This document shows, one piece after another, positions 26,573 through 41,465 of a DNA stretch of 64,000 nt. The notes under the pieces are model-generated. The model searched no databases, was not told the DNA's origin, and saw only the letters and a list, made by a program, of their open reading frames with translations. The position numbers and the translations under genes are program-made. The stretch is from Octopus sinensis (taxonomy: Eukaryota), in contig NC_043009.1 in NCBI RefSeq assembly GCF_006345805.1, forward strand, positions 2,914,001 to 2,978,000, written 5' to 3'. Within the stretch, counting starts at the first letter, position 1. Every line of letters begins with the position of its first letter.

Positions 26573-28328
26573 GTGGGGCATATGTGTGTGAGTAAATGTG
26601 TGATTTGGTTTTGTTTTTTGCCATACACACACATTTTAGCGTTATGGTAACAGAGAATATCCTATTACTTGATACATCTGTTATCGTGTTCATTCGGAGC
26701 ACGGATATTGTGTTTACATGACCTTTGCCCTATGGAAGCTATTTCGAAAGCTTTTGATTTGGACAATCTAGAGGTAATTAGGTTGAAGCCTATAATTAAT
26801 GCTCATATCCATGTATTCCACCGTTTTTTAGTATCCGCCGGATACGTAAAAGAAACTTGAACCGGCTTTTCAGTTTATCTAGCGAGACAAATAAATATAT
26901 CTACCATTGCAACCCTTTTTCTCTCTGTAATAGATGAAAGGTTCTAATTTTTTTCCAACTGAAGAAGGAAGAAAAAAACGCAGTACATAAATTTGAAATG
27001 ATTGATTTATAACAAATGTCAAATATGTAAATATTTCTTGAGATGTTCAAAGTATATAAAAAAAATGGTTTTTCTAACCTGAGTCATATAATCTTTTTTT
27101 GAAGAATTTATGGAGTAATATATAGACAAATAAAAAACGGTAATTTTTTTAAATGTTTCAAAAGTTTTTAGTGTTCCTGTAATAAATTGATGTTATGTGG
27201 CTTTAATTAAACATCAAAAGAAAACCTTATTAGCCCTGACTTTATCTTGTCCATAAAATCGTGTCGGCAGGAAATTATTTGGTGGGTGAAAGTGGGTGCA
27301 AAATCACTAATAATTATGCACACAGATAGAGACAAAAACACAAATATACATACATTAACACAAAACGTACATACACATTCACACACACACAGACACATAT
27401 ACAAATATTTATATACCTATATATAAAATGTACGTACTTTTTCATATATACAAGCATATACATATAGATATATGTGTGTGTAAATGTATATATATATATA
27501 TATATAAGACATAAATACATATACATATATATATAGACAGAGAGAGGGGGGATAAAGGGGGAGGAAGAGAGGCACACGTGAGAGAGAGGGAGGAGAGAGA
27601 TACATCCATAAGTTGTTGAATATATGCGTCACATGAACATTTACATATGACAAAATTTCATATCCGTTACGGATATATCAATACATTCTCGATAATTACA
27701 TACAATCTCTCACACATACACACCGAGGCTAACAAAATATCTCTACATACATACGAATGTGTGTGTGTGTATGTGTGTGTATGCACCAGAGCTTATGTCT
27801 GCTTGTACATAACACTTGATATCTCTGTCTTCTGCATTATGTACCCTCTCCTGCCCTGTAAGAAATATGCACCCAATTTTATAAGCTTAGCACCAAGTGT
27901 ATACGCTTTAACTCATCTGCTACAGCGTAACGCGAGAAGATCAATCATAACCATTATACTTTAGGCGTTGTCAATCAATCTAGCAAACAACCTAGAAAGA
28001 AATGAAGTTCGCACACTTGCACAAAATATAATATTGTAACAATACTATGAGTATTATATTGTGAGACGCAATGAAGGTTTGGTAACTATTGCTTGCGTGT
28101 GAATCGCGGTACGGAGACCAATCCCGAAAACTGTGCCTTGTCCTGGCGTTGGTTAAAGAAAATTAGGATCTTAAGAAAGACCATTGTTTGTATGTATGCA
28201 TGTATGTATGTTCTTATGTATGTATTTATATGTATATTTATGTATGTATGCATGAATGTGTATGTTTGTACATATATATAGTACATAGGTATTTAATACA
28301 CAAACACACACACACATATATGTATACA

Positions 28329-28381
<53 letters not shown>

Positions 28382-28606
28382 ATTATATAATGGCGAGATC
28401 CCTTGTCACAAGAATTGATTACTTCAAAATATCCCTTGAAAAGCTAAGTTTAAATAGCGAAATCGTTGGATATCCTAAATCCATGTAATATCTATATATT
28501 TAAATATTCTTTATAAAAATATATTAATCTATGTGAAACGAAGCCATTTCTCTTCCATATATATATATACTTACATAGATACACACATCTACATATATCT
28601 GTGTGT

Positions 28607-28641
<35 letters not shown>

Positions 28642-29284
28642 ATATATCAGTATATAAATAGATAAGAAAAGTTTATTTTATATATATATATGAACTATTG
28701 CAGAGCACTCTTTTAGAGTATAGATTCTCTTTTATTTTCCTAATCCAGAAACCTTTCATGCGCTGACTAATGCGTATTTGCGTTGGCTTCAGCAGATTTA
28801 TCGTAGGCACATGTGATATTTCAGGATGATAGCATAATCCGCAAATATAAATATCGAAATTAATCATTGATAAATTGACAAATATTTAAAATTCGTTCAT
28901 GTTTTATAGCTTCTGGTGGTCTTCTATTTTGAAGCAAATGTATGAGAAAAGGTGTTAGCTAACATTTCAGGATCTTTACCCAACGGAGTACACTTTCTGT
29001 CTGCCTTCTCTTTCTCATTTTCTCATCGTCTTTCTTATCGTTCAGCGATTACATTGTGAAATATTATCTCGTCATTTCTCAGATGATGACGGAGGATAAC
29101 ATGTGACTTCATGGATATTTGTGCACTATCACTTCAAAAAATCGATTAGTAACCACTGAAACAAAATAATATAAAAGAATAACAGAAAATAATAATTATT
29201 GGGGGGGGGGTGCAACTGACAGAAAGGGCAGAAAATTGGCAGGAAGAGCACCAGTCTAGCAGAAACCTTTTGCACAGAACGGAC

Positions 29285-29590
29285 AAAATGTAAGTGAAAT
29301 ACCCAGCACTTTATGTTCTCAGTTGAAATGCACCTAGTAAACCACTGCCTTTCATCATTTCGGGGCTGACAAAATAAGCCCTGTGTTTTCGCCCTATATT
29401 CGATGGAAAACACTAAAATCCACCGCATAGAAAAAAGGTTCCATTCTTCCAAAACTTGAAAAAAATATGTAATAATAACGATAATTCATTCTTCTTTAGG
29501 CACAAGAGCTGGCATCTAATACATCGACTGGTATTTATTTAGTCGGCCCGAAATTATAAAGGCAAAGTCGACTTTAGCAGAATTCGAGAT
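29285..29590. mobile_element. Two old SINE family B fragments (+ at about 29285-29378, - at about 29495-29590)
   Basis: gttctcagttgaaatg..tgcctttcatcatttcgggg and aaaggcaaagtcgactt match the family B core. Confidence 0.55.
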
Positions 29591-29729
29591 CGCCTTTGCA
29601 TTTCATCTTTTCCATTCTACAATGTAAGCACCACTAAAGCATCTGAGACGATATATACGGCTTCCATCTTACCTTTGAACTGCTGGCACGGTGCCAAAAT
29701 GTCAAAATCCGTTATCATTAGTATTGCTG

Positions 29730-30040
29730 TTGTCATCATTATCATCATTATCATTTTCAACACCACCGCCGCCATCACTACCACCACCACCACCACCACC
29801 ACCACTACCAGCACCACCAGCACCACCAGCACCAGCATCATCACCATCACTAGCACAACCACGACCAGCACCACAACCACAACCAGCACCAGCACCAGCA
29901 CCACCACCACCACCAACACCACAGCCAAACCCACCACGACCACCACCACCATCAACACCACCACTATCATTGTCGTCATCGTCATCATCGTCACCGTCAT
30001 CATCATTATCATCCTCATCATCATCATCATTGCTCCTATT
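29730..30040. repeat. Compound (ACC)n/(AGC)/(ATC)n trinucleotide low-complexity tract
   Basis: Source of the spurious poly-T, poly-P and poly-V ORFs. Confidence 0.93.
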
Positions 30041-30272
30041 ATTATACTTAGAACTTATGTAAATGAAATTGGTAATTGAACGAAAATTTGTAATTTACGA
30101 AATATATGGCCGGTTGTTACACATGAAAGTTCACAATTTCTCATTTATGTTCCGCCTCTTGGATAAAATAAGGGGCCGCATGTGGCATCACTCAGTAATA
30201 TATCAAACATCCATATATTCGCACAGACATAACATGCACTTGACGTCTAAACATGCGCAGAAGCACATGCAT

Positions 30273-30339
<67 letters not shown>

Positions 30340-30442
30340 CTGCATATGTGTTTATATATGCAGATATACGTATATAGGTGCTTTTTATATATAATATATA
30401 TATATATAATATATTATATATATATATATATATACATATATA

Positions 30443-30484
<42 letters not shown>

Positions 30485-30574
30485 CTGTTTATATATATAT
30501 ACATATATATGTCTATCTAACTATATATATATATATATGTTTATATAAATAATATATATCATACTCATGCCTAA

Positions 30575-30628
<54 letters not shown>

Positions 30629-31784
30629 TGGTGGTTATGCTTATGAAGGAGATGCATTGCTATCATATTTCCCTTGCCTACCCCGCATATTATCAATGAC
30701 GCCGCGTGACATTAAATTCCCTCAACCGATATTATTATGTTCGATGTCCTCATGAATATTTAAATTCCAAACTACTCTTTGACGTCACACAACAAATATA
30801 ATAAATAAGGAGCTCAGTGTGAAGTCTAATATTGTTTTCTCTCAGAATTACGTCCCTTTATCAGATCGAGATGCCAGTGTCTTTTGCCGTCAAGTATTAT
30901 TCTGCATCTGAATTTTATGAAATATATTCTTCACCTTTCCTTAAATATTTGATCTTTGCTCAAGCTTGACATTCTTCTCTAATTACATGAAAGTAGATTA
31001 CTCATTGTTTGTTTCCATCATTTCGGTATCGATAAAGTATAACGCAATCAGTCACTAGTATGGTCATATTTCTACGATGTCTGTATAGTAAATAGATCAC
31101 AAATAATAATTTAGACCAGCATTTTTCTCAACCATTTTTCTCAACCCTCAAAACAAGTCAATGTTTAAAACATTCGTATTATATTTTAAGTATAAAATTT
31201 TATTAAGAACTGGATGAAAAATTTGAGTAATCTAGAAGTATCGCACATTTTTGCACATCGATTTTAACGACAAAATCTTATATGGACACGCAAGAGTCAT
31301 ATGGTTTTCAACCACTGATTTAGATTTTAAAATTCTCTGCTCTAGTGAAGTTCACAGGGGATAATTTCTCTCTGATTTCTATTGCATCGGAAACAGTCTA
31401 TAATTTTACCGCATGACGAGCAGTAACTATATTGATAAAAATCTGTGTACTGAAAATGAAAGTTGTTACACTCATCGGGATAGGATGCGCCGCCATCACT
31501 GCTTTCGATATAAATCATTTTAACCGCATTTTGAACAGCATTTTTATGCAACATGTTTTTTTCAATCTACAAAATTTCAGCACATTTTATGACTTGTTAG
31601 TAAATTCCAATAGTATTAAATACTATTGGATTTTACTCATAAGGTATTGGAATCTTACATGTATACCATTCTACCTAAATAATGGATCTACAAATGCAAT
31701 ATCCCTTCATATATCACATCTGTTTTTATTCCTCCACTTCACTCTCTATTTCGTATCATATCTAAATTAACTATTGCTTAAACA

Positions 31785-31830
31785 TCTTCGATGTAGGGAT
31801 GTAATAAATATCCTAGAAACAGCTGTAAGA
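31785..31830 (+). ncRNA. Degenerate minimal type I hammerhead motif
   Basis: tct-TCGATG-TAGGGAT..ATCCTA-GAAAC-AGCT-GTA-aga: stem II, a palindromic stem III (ACAGCTGT) and a GUA triplet. The core is mutated. Confidence 0.5.
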
Positions 31831-32050
31831 CATTCTATTTATAAATGTTCTAAAATCTTGACAGCCTTGTTTTCTTTTATCTCATTCTGAATTTTTTTTT
31901 ATATATACACATGCTGATATATGATCTACGTTAGACACTTTATTCTCATAATAACCGAACCTGGAGTGTAACTATGGTTTATTCATAAGACTTGCTCAGC
32001 ATTACCTAACACCTTTGGGTCCTTACTGACACCATTACCTCTCATATACA

Positions 32051-32116
<66 letters not shown>

Positions 32117-32239
32117 ATATATATATATATACATAAATACATGTTACTATATGAAAAATTTATAACATTCTTCTAACATAACGACTTAAATATATTCTTT
32201 AACCTTATAAAACAAGCCTTCTGTAGTTTTTTCCCACTT

Positions 32240-32247
32240 TTCTATTT

Positions 32248-32286
<39 letters not shown>

Positions 32287-32297
32287 GGAGAGAGAGA

Positions 32298-32331
<34 letters not shown>

Positions 32332-32380
32332 AAAAAAAATATATATATATATACACTACTGTAACTATATAGTTTGCATC

Positions 32381-32423
<43 letters not shown>

Positions 32424-32447
32424 TTCTAGATAGACAAATAGATAGAC

Positions 32448-32499
<52 letters not shown>

Positions 32500-32555
32500 T
32501 GATAGATAGATAGATAGATAGATTGATAGACAGATAGATAGAGAGAGAGAGACTG
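32240..32555. repeat. Compound (CT)/(GA)/(GATA)n microsatellites
   Basis: Direct inspection. Confidence 0.93.
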
Positions 32556-33664
32556 CAGTATGATTATATTGCAAGCAGACAAATTTGGTTTGTCTAATTC
32601 GTCTTAATTCTAATTGTATTCATGTAACTGTGCTATATGCGGTATATATAGAGATGTAATTTTATTATCTAAGAAAGATTATTTAAAAGCATCTAGCTAA
32701 AGGTAAATTTAATATTGTCATCTCATCTATAGTGATAATTCGAGTAAACTATTACTAGCAAAAATAAACTTAGGTTTTCTAGAATGCAATTACATAAATG
32801 AAAGCTGGCATACGTAAACATACTTCAAATAAGTACACTGTTTATAAATCTGATCATTATTATATCTAAAACCGACTATTTATTGATTGTATGAATAATA
32901 TTTATTTTCTATGTGCTATGTGTTTACGTGTTTTGAAAGTAATTGTCCGAAAGGAATATTAAATAGTGCTTATGTCCTATAATATTTTAATTTTCTTAGT
33001 GAGAATGGAAATAAATGTTGAAAGAAGAAAAGAAAATCAAAATATCTGAGTCTGGCATTTGGTATGATCATGCATTTTCAATTAATATGAAAGAAAATTC
33101 GCTGACGTACTGTAAGAAAGAATACATATTTCAGACTGATATATACATTATGTGTAGAATATCTTATGGCTTTTATGTAGGCCAAGGAAAATCAAATCAT
33201 GTTTCGATTATCGGACTGAGAGAGAGGGGGGGGGACAGAGAACAGATAAAGAGAGATAGAAATAGAGAGAGAGAGAGGGAGGGAGAGAAAATATTTTAGA
33301 TTTATGAGTACATAGTGTATCGTCATGAAGTTAAATGTAATTTCCTCGGCAATAATATTCATTTAGTGTTACGATCATAATTTGGAAACTATGAAATATA
33401 TATTCATTCATTGCCTGCGAATAACGCAGAATACGAGCATAGTTAATTCTCTAACTCTCTGATACTGTAGTTTAAGGGAAGGATGGTATATCCACAAGCC
33501 TATACAATATACATTTCTCAACTTTAACCTGGTTCGTATTATATTTGTAATAATACGTAAGGTAACTGAGTATTCTGTACATATGAAGACTCAGAATTCT
33601 CATGCCCTGTTTATGATATAATTATTCCCCTGTCTATGATATAATTATTCCTAAGATTGGGTGT

Positions 33665-33830
33665 TGAAAGAATCGTTACGAGCTAGATGCCTAGCGGTAT
33701 TTCGTCCATTCTTACGTTCTGAGTTGAAATCCGCCGAGGTCAATTTTGTCTCCCATCTTTTCGGGATCGATGAAATAAATACCAGTTGAGTACTGGAACC
33801 GAACATTCTAGTCTTGTGCTAAACATTATT
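33665..33830 (+). mobile_element. SINE family B, older copy
   Basis: tagcggtatttcgtcc..ttacgttctgagttgaaatccgccgaggtcaa..ttcgggatcgatgaaataaataccagttgagtactgg. Confidence 0.75.
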
Positions 33831-34090
33831 ATTAGTCCTTCGTTAACAACTTAGGCAAGTCATCGGTTCTAAATCTAATATGTATGGTTGAGAAAAAATT
33901 AATAATTCAAAACAAGAGCAATGAAACGGATGATTAAATATTACACGAGGTCAACGAGGTATTAAAATATGATGTTATTATTATAAATCTGAATAAGGAA
34001 CATATCAATTTATTTCTATCATTTCAAATTGATTGGAAATAGGTGACAATTTGGTTAGTTGAAATAATATATATATATATATATATATAG

Positions 34091-34142
<52 letters not shown>

Positions 34143-34150
34143 TAAATTAA

Positions 34151-34195
<45 letters not shown>

Positions 34196-34228
34196 GTAGT
34201 CTATAATGTATATATTATATATATATAG

Positions 34229-34275
<47 letters not shown>

Positions 34276-34380
34276 TTTCAAAATTCTATAAATGCTATTC
34301 ATTACTATAAGCTGAGGAATATAACTGAATAATTAAGATATATTGTATCAGTAACCTTTTCAAATTTTTGGGACTTTTAA

Positions 34381-34480
34381 NNNNNNNNNNNNNNNNNNNN
34401 NNNNNNNNNNNNNNNNNNNNNNNNNNNNNNNNNNNNNNNNNNNNNNNNNNNNNNNNNNNNNNNNNNNNNNNNNNNNNNNN
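34381..34480. other. Assembly gap (100 N)
   Basis: Run of N. Confidence 1.
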
Positions 34481-35934
34481 CTGTTTAAAAACAGTGCTTG
34501 GAAGGAAGGTGTGTAGCGTGTGTACCTCGCATTCACCACGATAGAGAGAGCTGAGCAGAGAATTTGACTCAAATTTTGCCAAATGCTTGGCGATATCTGC
34601 TTAGAGGCTTACGTAGGGCTGTAGAAATTGAATGGAGAGAAGCATATGAATGACACACAAATGGTTGAGACCTTTCCAAGATGACTGAAAAATGTCGAGA
34701 GCAGAACTGAGAAAAGTATCGCAGATGTGTGTGCAGCTATGAGAAGAAAAACGTCGAATCACCGTCCGTGGGGTCATCAGAGGATGTGCCGCTTAGTTAC
34801 TGTGAGTTACCAGAGGATATGCATATTAGTTAGGTGAGTAATCAGAGGATGTGTGCAGATTAGTTACCGTCCAGTTCAGTCCATTATTATTGCCGATTTG
34901 TGTCTGAGACTTGTGTCTGCTAAGTTTGTGCCAAAACTGCTTTCAGCTGACCAAAAAGACACTCGGGTTTCAGTTGCACAAGATCTGCTTGAGGGTGTCG
35001 AGAAGGACGAAAACATTTTGAAAATGATTATAATGGGGGTTAAGTCGTGGGTCTATGTCTATGACTCCGAAACCGAAGCCCAGTTTTTTCAGTGGAAGAC
35101 CCCAACCTCTCTGTAACCGAAGAAAGCACGAAAGGAGAAACAATATAAAGAAACTGTTGAGCATTTCCTTCGACTACATTGGTATTGTACATCATTTAAG
35201 GCGGCGATCTGCTGGCAGAAGCGTTAGCACGGCGAAATGCGTAACCGTATTTCGTCTGCCGTTACGTTCTGAGTTCAAATTCCGCCGAGGTCGACTTTGT
35301 CTGTCATATTTTCGTGGTCGATAAATTAAGTACCAGTTACGCACTGTGGTCGATATAATCGACTTGATCCGTTTGTCTGTCCTTGTTTGTCCTCTCTGTT
35401 TTTGGCCCCTTATGGGTTGTAAAGAAATAGGTATTGTTCATCATGAGTATGGTCCATCTGGTCAGACAGTAAACAAAGCGTACTACCTGGACGTCTTGCG
35501 GCATTTACAGGACGCTATTCGTCGGTAAATGCCACAATTGCATGCGTTTGGAGAGTGGCAATTTTACCATGAAAATGCACCTGCCATTTAGCACAGCTTG
35601 TGCAGCGGTTTTTGGCCGAGCAGAGTGTTTCCCAGGTTCGACACCCACCGTATTCCTCAAATCTCGCCCTCCTGCGTCTTTTTCGCCTTTCCAAAAATCA
35701 AACCCGCGTGAAAGAAAATTTTAGGTTGTCGAGGAAATCCAAGTGAATTCGACGAGACAGCTACAGATTATCACCGAAAACGAGTTCCAGGAATGCTTCC
35801 ATCAACAGAAGCAACACTAGACTGAGTGGGTCGCTTTCAAAGGGGGCCACTTTGAGAAGATTAAATGCCAAATTATTACGTATTCGAGCTTTGATCTTAT
35901 AGCACCAGTCTGGATACTTATTGATCAGACCTTG
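34481..35934 (+). mobile_element. Degenerate mariner transposon (left end in the gap), interrupted by a SINE
   Basis: Fragments EQRI*LKFCQMLG, VSAKFVPKLLSADQK, GVKSWVYVYDSETEAQFFQWKTP and FDYIGIVHH|EYGPSGQTVNKAYYLDVLRHLQDAIRR. Right TIR cagtctggatacttattgatcagaccttg|TA. Confidence 0.9.
35196..35429 (+). mobile_element. SINE family B, full length, with 15-bp TSD
   Basis: aaggcggcg..ctggcagaagcgttagcac...gagttcaaatt (B box)...gtaaagaaata. TSD ggtattgtacatcat (35181-35195) / ggtattgttcatcat (35430-35444). Confidence 0.93.
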
Positions 35935-36242
35935 TATATAATGAAGGCCGATATATGCGTTCGCTTTCAGGAATAACATGACGCCAACCATATCCATCTG
36001 TGAGTCTGAAAAGATGAAGCTACAAGCCTTTTAATACGACAATCTGCGTAATGACCTACATTACAATCCCGCAAAGAATGGCTTATCTGTGCTCCATGGT
36101 GCAGATCCTACAGTTTTCTTAATACGAACACCTGTAATCACCTCAAATATATTCTTAATGATGGTGACCAATTCCATTTCTTTGATGTCTTACACAATGA
36201 CAGTGACGATTGACTTTACATACGACGCCGTCTTATGTATAT

Positions 36243-36278
<36 letters not shown>

Positions 36279-36480
36279 GTGTGTGTGTGTGTGTGTGTGT
36301 GTGTGTGGTGTGTTGTGTGTGTGTGTGTGTGCGCATCTATATACCTATAAGTTTTGTGGGTACGCACGTCTATTTGACTGAGTGTCATTGTGTCTGCTTG
36401 TGAGTGTGTGTGTATGTGTGTGCATGAGTGCATGGGATGGGTGAGTATGTGATATTCTGTGAGTATATATCCATAGGATA

Positions 36481-36856
36481 TCTCTCTCTATATAAACGGC
36501 AGTTTGTCTGTGCGTGTTTCTGTGTGTCTGTTTGCTTGTACCTTCACCCTGACCACGGCTTTCAACCGATTCTGATGAAACTTGACACACACATAGCCCA
36601 ATGTCATAATTCAAAACTAACGCAGCGAAAATTTTGAAAAGTTCCCCCAGTTCTGAAAAAAATCGATAAATTCGACATGGGGTCCAGAATCAGAAACACA
36701 AACTGTCTAGGGGACGCAACTCCACCTTTTTTAACTAAAAAAAAAATTTACCATAATTTTTTCCCATTTTTTTGCTATTTTTTGGCTATAACTCTCTAAA
36801 AATGCTTTATAGTTATTTCCCTTACAAACCTGAGCAACGCCGGGCGATACTGCTAG
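36481..36856 (+). mobile_element. Non-autonomous Helitron
   Basis: A|TC start, subterminal GC-rich hairpin cctgagcaacgccggg (36829-36844), CTAG|T end, no TSD. Confidence 0.85.
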
Positions 36857-37876
36857 TATCATATAAACATTGCACATATACTTAAATTTAAAGTGTCCGC
36901 TCAATTTTATATATTTGATGAAGTGTTTTCTCAAGATAAACACTGACTATTCTATCACAAGTGCATTGGTGACAAATACAATATATGTCACAGATCTCTC
37001 TGTGATTTTCTCTGTGAGTATATATGTGAGTTTGTGCTAGAAAAGACCAAGAGAATGTGTATGGAAATGAAACAAAGAACACGATGGAGTGGTAACCTTT
37101 GCAATCATTCTTATTGGCAACGAGACAGGATTTTTGTCACGTACGCGCTACGTATATATATACAATAATTATACGACTATATACGTTGACGGATATTGTT
37201 AGATAAATACTTGAGGACAGGAGAGTAACAGAAATTGCAATATAAACATTTGTTATAGATGCTGTTATAAGACAGAGACCTAAAGAATAAAGTAGAAAAA
37301 AAAAGAAATACTTTAAGTAAGTATGAATAAATCTTAGTAGGTTTATGTCAGATGTATTTTGTGAACATGGATCGTAAATATAGACAGAAAATACATTGAG
37401 AGGAGAAGTTTGACACTTGGCAGGCTTTGTTTAATTTTCTAATATGCCATTCAATTACGATTTTTGAATTATTATTTGAATTTATTTGTATTATTCTTTT
37501 TTTTAAATTGTTCAAATCACACTAGGAAGCCATCGAAAATTTGTCTAGAGATTATAAGAAATAATTACATCTCTCATTCTCTCTTTCTCGCTCTCTCTCT
37601 ATCTCTTTCCCTTTCTCTCTCGAATAATATGTAACACACACACACACACATACACACATATACATATATATAACACACACACACACACGCACACACACAC
37701 ACACACATATATACATATATATATATAATATATATATATATTAGATATATATATATATATATAGATAGATAGAATATATACATATATAAATACAACCACA
37801 GAAGCACACGTACACGCACATAAATACAGACGCACGCACAAACATATATTCAGAAAGTTTAGATTAGATAGATAGC

Positions 37877-37919
<43 letters not shown>

Positions 37920-37935
37920 ATATGTATATATATAT

Positions 37936-37984
<49 letters not shown>

Positions 37985-38559
37985 CCACATATATATGTGT
38001 GTGTGTGTGTTGTCTGTGTGTGTCTCCCGCGTGACTGCGTGTGCGTACGCAACTGTTTGCGTATGTATATACATATGTAATTATATATCTATGCATGATG
38101 ATGTGTGCATGTTTACGTGCTGGTGTGCGCACCTATTAGTATATATTTAATACGTGATATGTATTCATATTAAAATTTTAAAAATAAATAAATAAATGAT
38201 TAGCGCGGTAGGATTCCGCTAAATCTTCACCAATGTAACCAACGGCAGCGAAATATTGGCAGACATTTACCACTTCCACAATCACCATAAACTGTGTAAA
38301 CCAAAATCTATTCTAGAACTTAACAGTAAGCAAATTAATAACACCAATATCGTCACCTTTGTTCGTGTTGCTATTTGCTACGAATTAAAATACAATCATA
38401 CATTTGGCTTCCAGCATGTGACACTCATTTTCTATATGAAATTATTATATGCCTACGTATTGTACATCACACATGCACATACACACACACAGACACACAC
38501 ACATACACACACAAACAGACATACACACACACACATAACAAAATGCACGCACACTTGCG

Positions 38560-38608
<49 letters not shown>

Positions 38609-38609
38609 C

Positions 38610-38700
38610 TTTTAATTGTTTCAATCATTGAACTTCGAGCATTCTGAAGCACTGCTTTGAGAGATTTTGCAGTAGAAATCAACCCAGATCTCATCTACTT
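38610..38700 (-). mobile_element. SINE family A tail, old
   Basis: tgtttcaatcattga..gcattctgaagcactgc aligns loosely with the reverse-complement tail. Confidence 0.45.
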
Positions 38701-39470
38701 TAAGTTCAATTTTAGCCCAATTTTAGCCCATGGAAAGCAATGTCGATGGAAGGTGTTAAATCAATTTCATCGTCTTCAGTGTCTAACTCCTACTCATTTC
38801 ATATCAGCCTTAGAATTTGGGAAGTGAAAAATGCTGTCTGTGACTACGAGATGCAAACCGGAAAGAAGGATACCAGTCACTGATCAAAGATTCACAGTAA
38901 GAAGCCATTAAAACGTATGTCACAGAGAAACACTAGAAAAACAATCAGTCAAACAGCAAGCGCACGTGGAGGAAGAGGGAGAAGGAGAAGGAGAAGAGAA
39001 AAATGTTTTACATATACACTAGAAGAAGCCTCAACGAATGGTAAAAAGACCATAGTCTCTTATATCCCGCTTAACTCAGACATAGATAAAGTTGAATCGG
39101 CAAATGGGTATCAGAGAGTTCAGCGCAAAAGAAATTACAATGCACCTTGCTCAAAATAATAAAAAAGTTCACTACATGTGCTAATATAAGTTTTAAACAA
39201 CTGAAGAAATACTGCAAATGTAAAGGCAGTGTGAGGACAGTAACTCTAACAGGCAATGCACTGTGAGATAATTTGTGCGTATGTGTGTGTGGGGTGGGGT
39301 GCGAATATGTGGATAAATTCTTCACGAAAAATATATATTTTGGTGATAATGTTTCCCAGCATTACTCTATTCCATTGGACGCCACTTTTGAAAAACATAT
39401 TTTGTGGACTATTTTTCTCATAATTGTCATATCCATCTAGCACTAAATTCAAAAGCAAAATTCGTGTATA

Positions 39471-40718
39471 CGAGGGGCGTTCAATAAGTAATGCCCCTGA
39501 CCCACTTCCCATAGCAGTAGAGCAACGACACTTGGCACAGTTATTAGTCTTTTCCTACATAGGAACTACCCAGACTTATGCATTTCTCCCATCGTTTGAT
39601 ACAGCTCTGGAGACCGTTTTTGTAGACCACGACGTGACTTCAGAAATCAAGGCTGCATCATCTGGGAAACGCTTTCCTTTCAAAATCAACTTCATGGCTG
39701 GGAAGAGGTGAAAATCAGAGGGTGCAAGGGGAGGAGTTCATAGTTGCACGCCTGTGCTTCTGATCTGGCGACACGCGAATTGTGGACCGGAGTGTTGTCC
39801 TGCAGGAGGAGGATGCCTTTGCTGATATTGCCCCGCCTCTTGATTTTGATAGCTTCTCTTAATTTCTTCAAAAGTGAAGCATAATAGGCTTCTGTAATTG
39901 TGGTACCCTTTGCCAGGAAATCTGTCATCACTACTCCGTCCTGGTCCCAGAAGACTGTGAGCATAACATTGTCAGCGGAGGGCTGCACCCTTGCCTTCTT
40001 TGGAGGAGGTGAGTCACGGTGCTTTCACTGCATTGACTGGGCTTTGGTCTATGGATCATAGTGATGGACCCAGGTTTTATCCTGTGTGATCAGTCTTTTG
40101 AAAAATTTTGACTCCTCTTCTTGGCACATCTCCAAATTCATCCTCGAGCACTCAACGTGTTCTTGCTTCTGGAAAGGTGTGAGAAACCTGGAAATCCATC
40201 TGGCAGACACCTTTTGCATATGCAAATGGTCATGAATGATAGTTTCCACAGACCCGGTACTAATCTTGACCTTATGGGCTATTTGGCGAATAGTTATGCG
40301 TTGACCTTCCAAAATGGCAGCCTCAACTTGACGGACAGACGTCTCATCAACGGTAGAAGGGGGCGACCAGATCTGGGAGCTGTTTCCACAGAGTTCCGAC
40401 TATGTTTGAATTCACAATGCCAGCGTTTTACAAGGTCATATGATGGGGCATCATCACCATAAGTTACTTTCATTTCATCAAAAGTCTCCCGTGGTGTGCG
40501 TCCTTTCAAATACAAAAACTAGATCACTGCTCGACACTCAACAGGCTCCATTTCACACTTGACTCAGTTCAAACACCTGTAAATCGGAAACCACAATTAG
40601 TTCAGAGCTGTAATTCACCACTTAATCTATAGAGGTATGAATAAGTGCACATGTAAAATTTCAGCGAGATCGAACGACTGCAAGTGGATCAGAGGCATTA
40701 CTTATTGAACGCCCCTCG
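39471..40718 (-). mobile_element. Near full-length mariner (irritans/Hsmar2-like) with disrupted transposase, about 40551-39543
   Basis: TA-flanked TIRs cgaggggcgttcaataagtaatgcc(c/t)ctga(c/t)ccactt. Motifs KVSARWISRFLT, LITQDKTWVHHYDP, VMLTVFWDQDGV, LLQDNTPVH and SDFHLFP, with stops and frameshifts. Confidence 0.95.
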
Positions 40719-41465
40719 TAGATGGTGAATTGTGAGTCAGTCTATAGTACTTTATTATTGATTGGTCTGTGAAGACAGCTTTTCTTTTTCCCCATTGCAG
40801 CTTTGAATATTCTGTCTTACTTAGTCTCCATTTGAGCATTTATCAAATGTTTCTTTAAAATTACTTTCTTAATCACAGAGGTCCTTCTTCAACACTTATA
40901 CACATTAACTGACAGCAACTTAGCGTGGTAATAATTAAAAAGCCAGAAATTTGTGAAGCAATGATTGATGAATTCATTCGAAAAATTTTAGAAAATAAAT
41001 TTCACGTGTTGTCCTCGCCTGATTCCTTGGTTCAAAATGCATAATGATTTATTTTTCTATATATAGTACTAAACTTATATGCATTCATTATATTTAATGA
41101 CTAATAAATACAAGTAAGACATGAAATAGTACCGATACAATATACAGAAAGGCCTATAAAAATCCCCGTGTAAGTCTTGATTTATGTGATCTTGATTTGG
41201 CGATATTACGAGGTAGATTGAGAATCTGGAGGAAAATTCGCTACAACTTCAAGTTTAAGTTATACAGTCCTGTTATTCAACTTAGTACAATCCAACAGAT
41301 TTAGCTGCAATGTTCCAGTTTAACACAAGACAAGTCAAGTAATGCTGTAGAGGTTATATATATATAAGTTCAGTAAAATTTAGATTCAGTTGAATGTGGT
41401 ACTTAAGTTAAAGGCACCAGAATTTGGTGTGGTATTATCCATATAATTCAAAATGGGATTATTAC

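Noticed and set aside
29617-30079. Long poly-Thr/poly-Pro/poly-Val ORFs resembling mucin or extensin
   Set aside because: Open on both strands only because of ACC/ATC triplet repeats; no splice signals or unique domain.
31240-31330. HIDFNDKILYGHA peptide resembling the Polinton PolB D.N.LYG.AM motif
   Set aside because: Too short and no other PolB motifs nearby.
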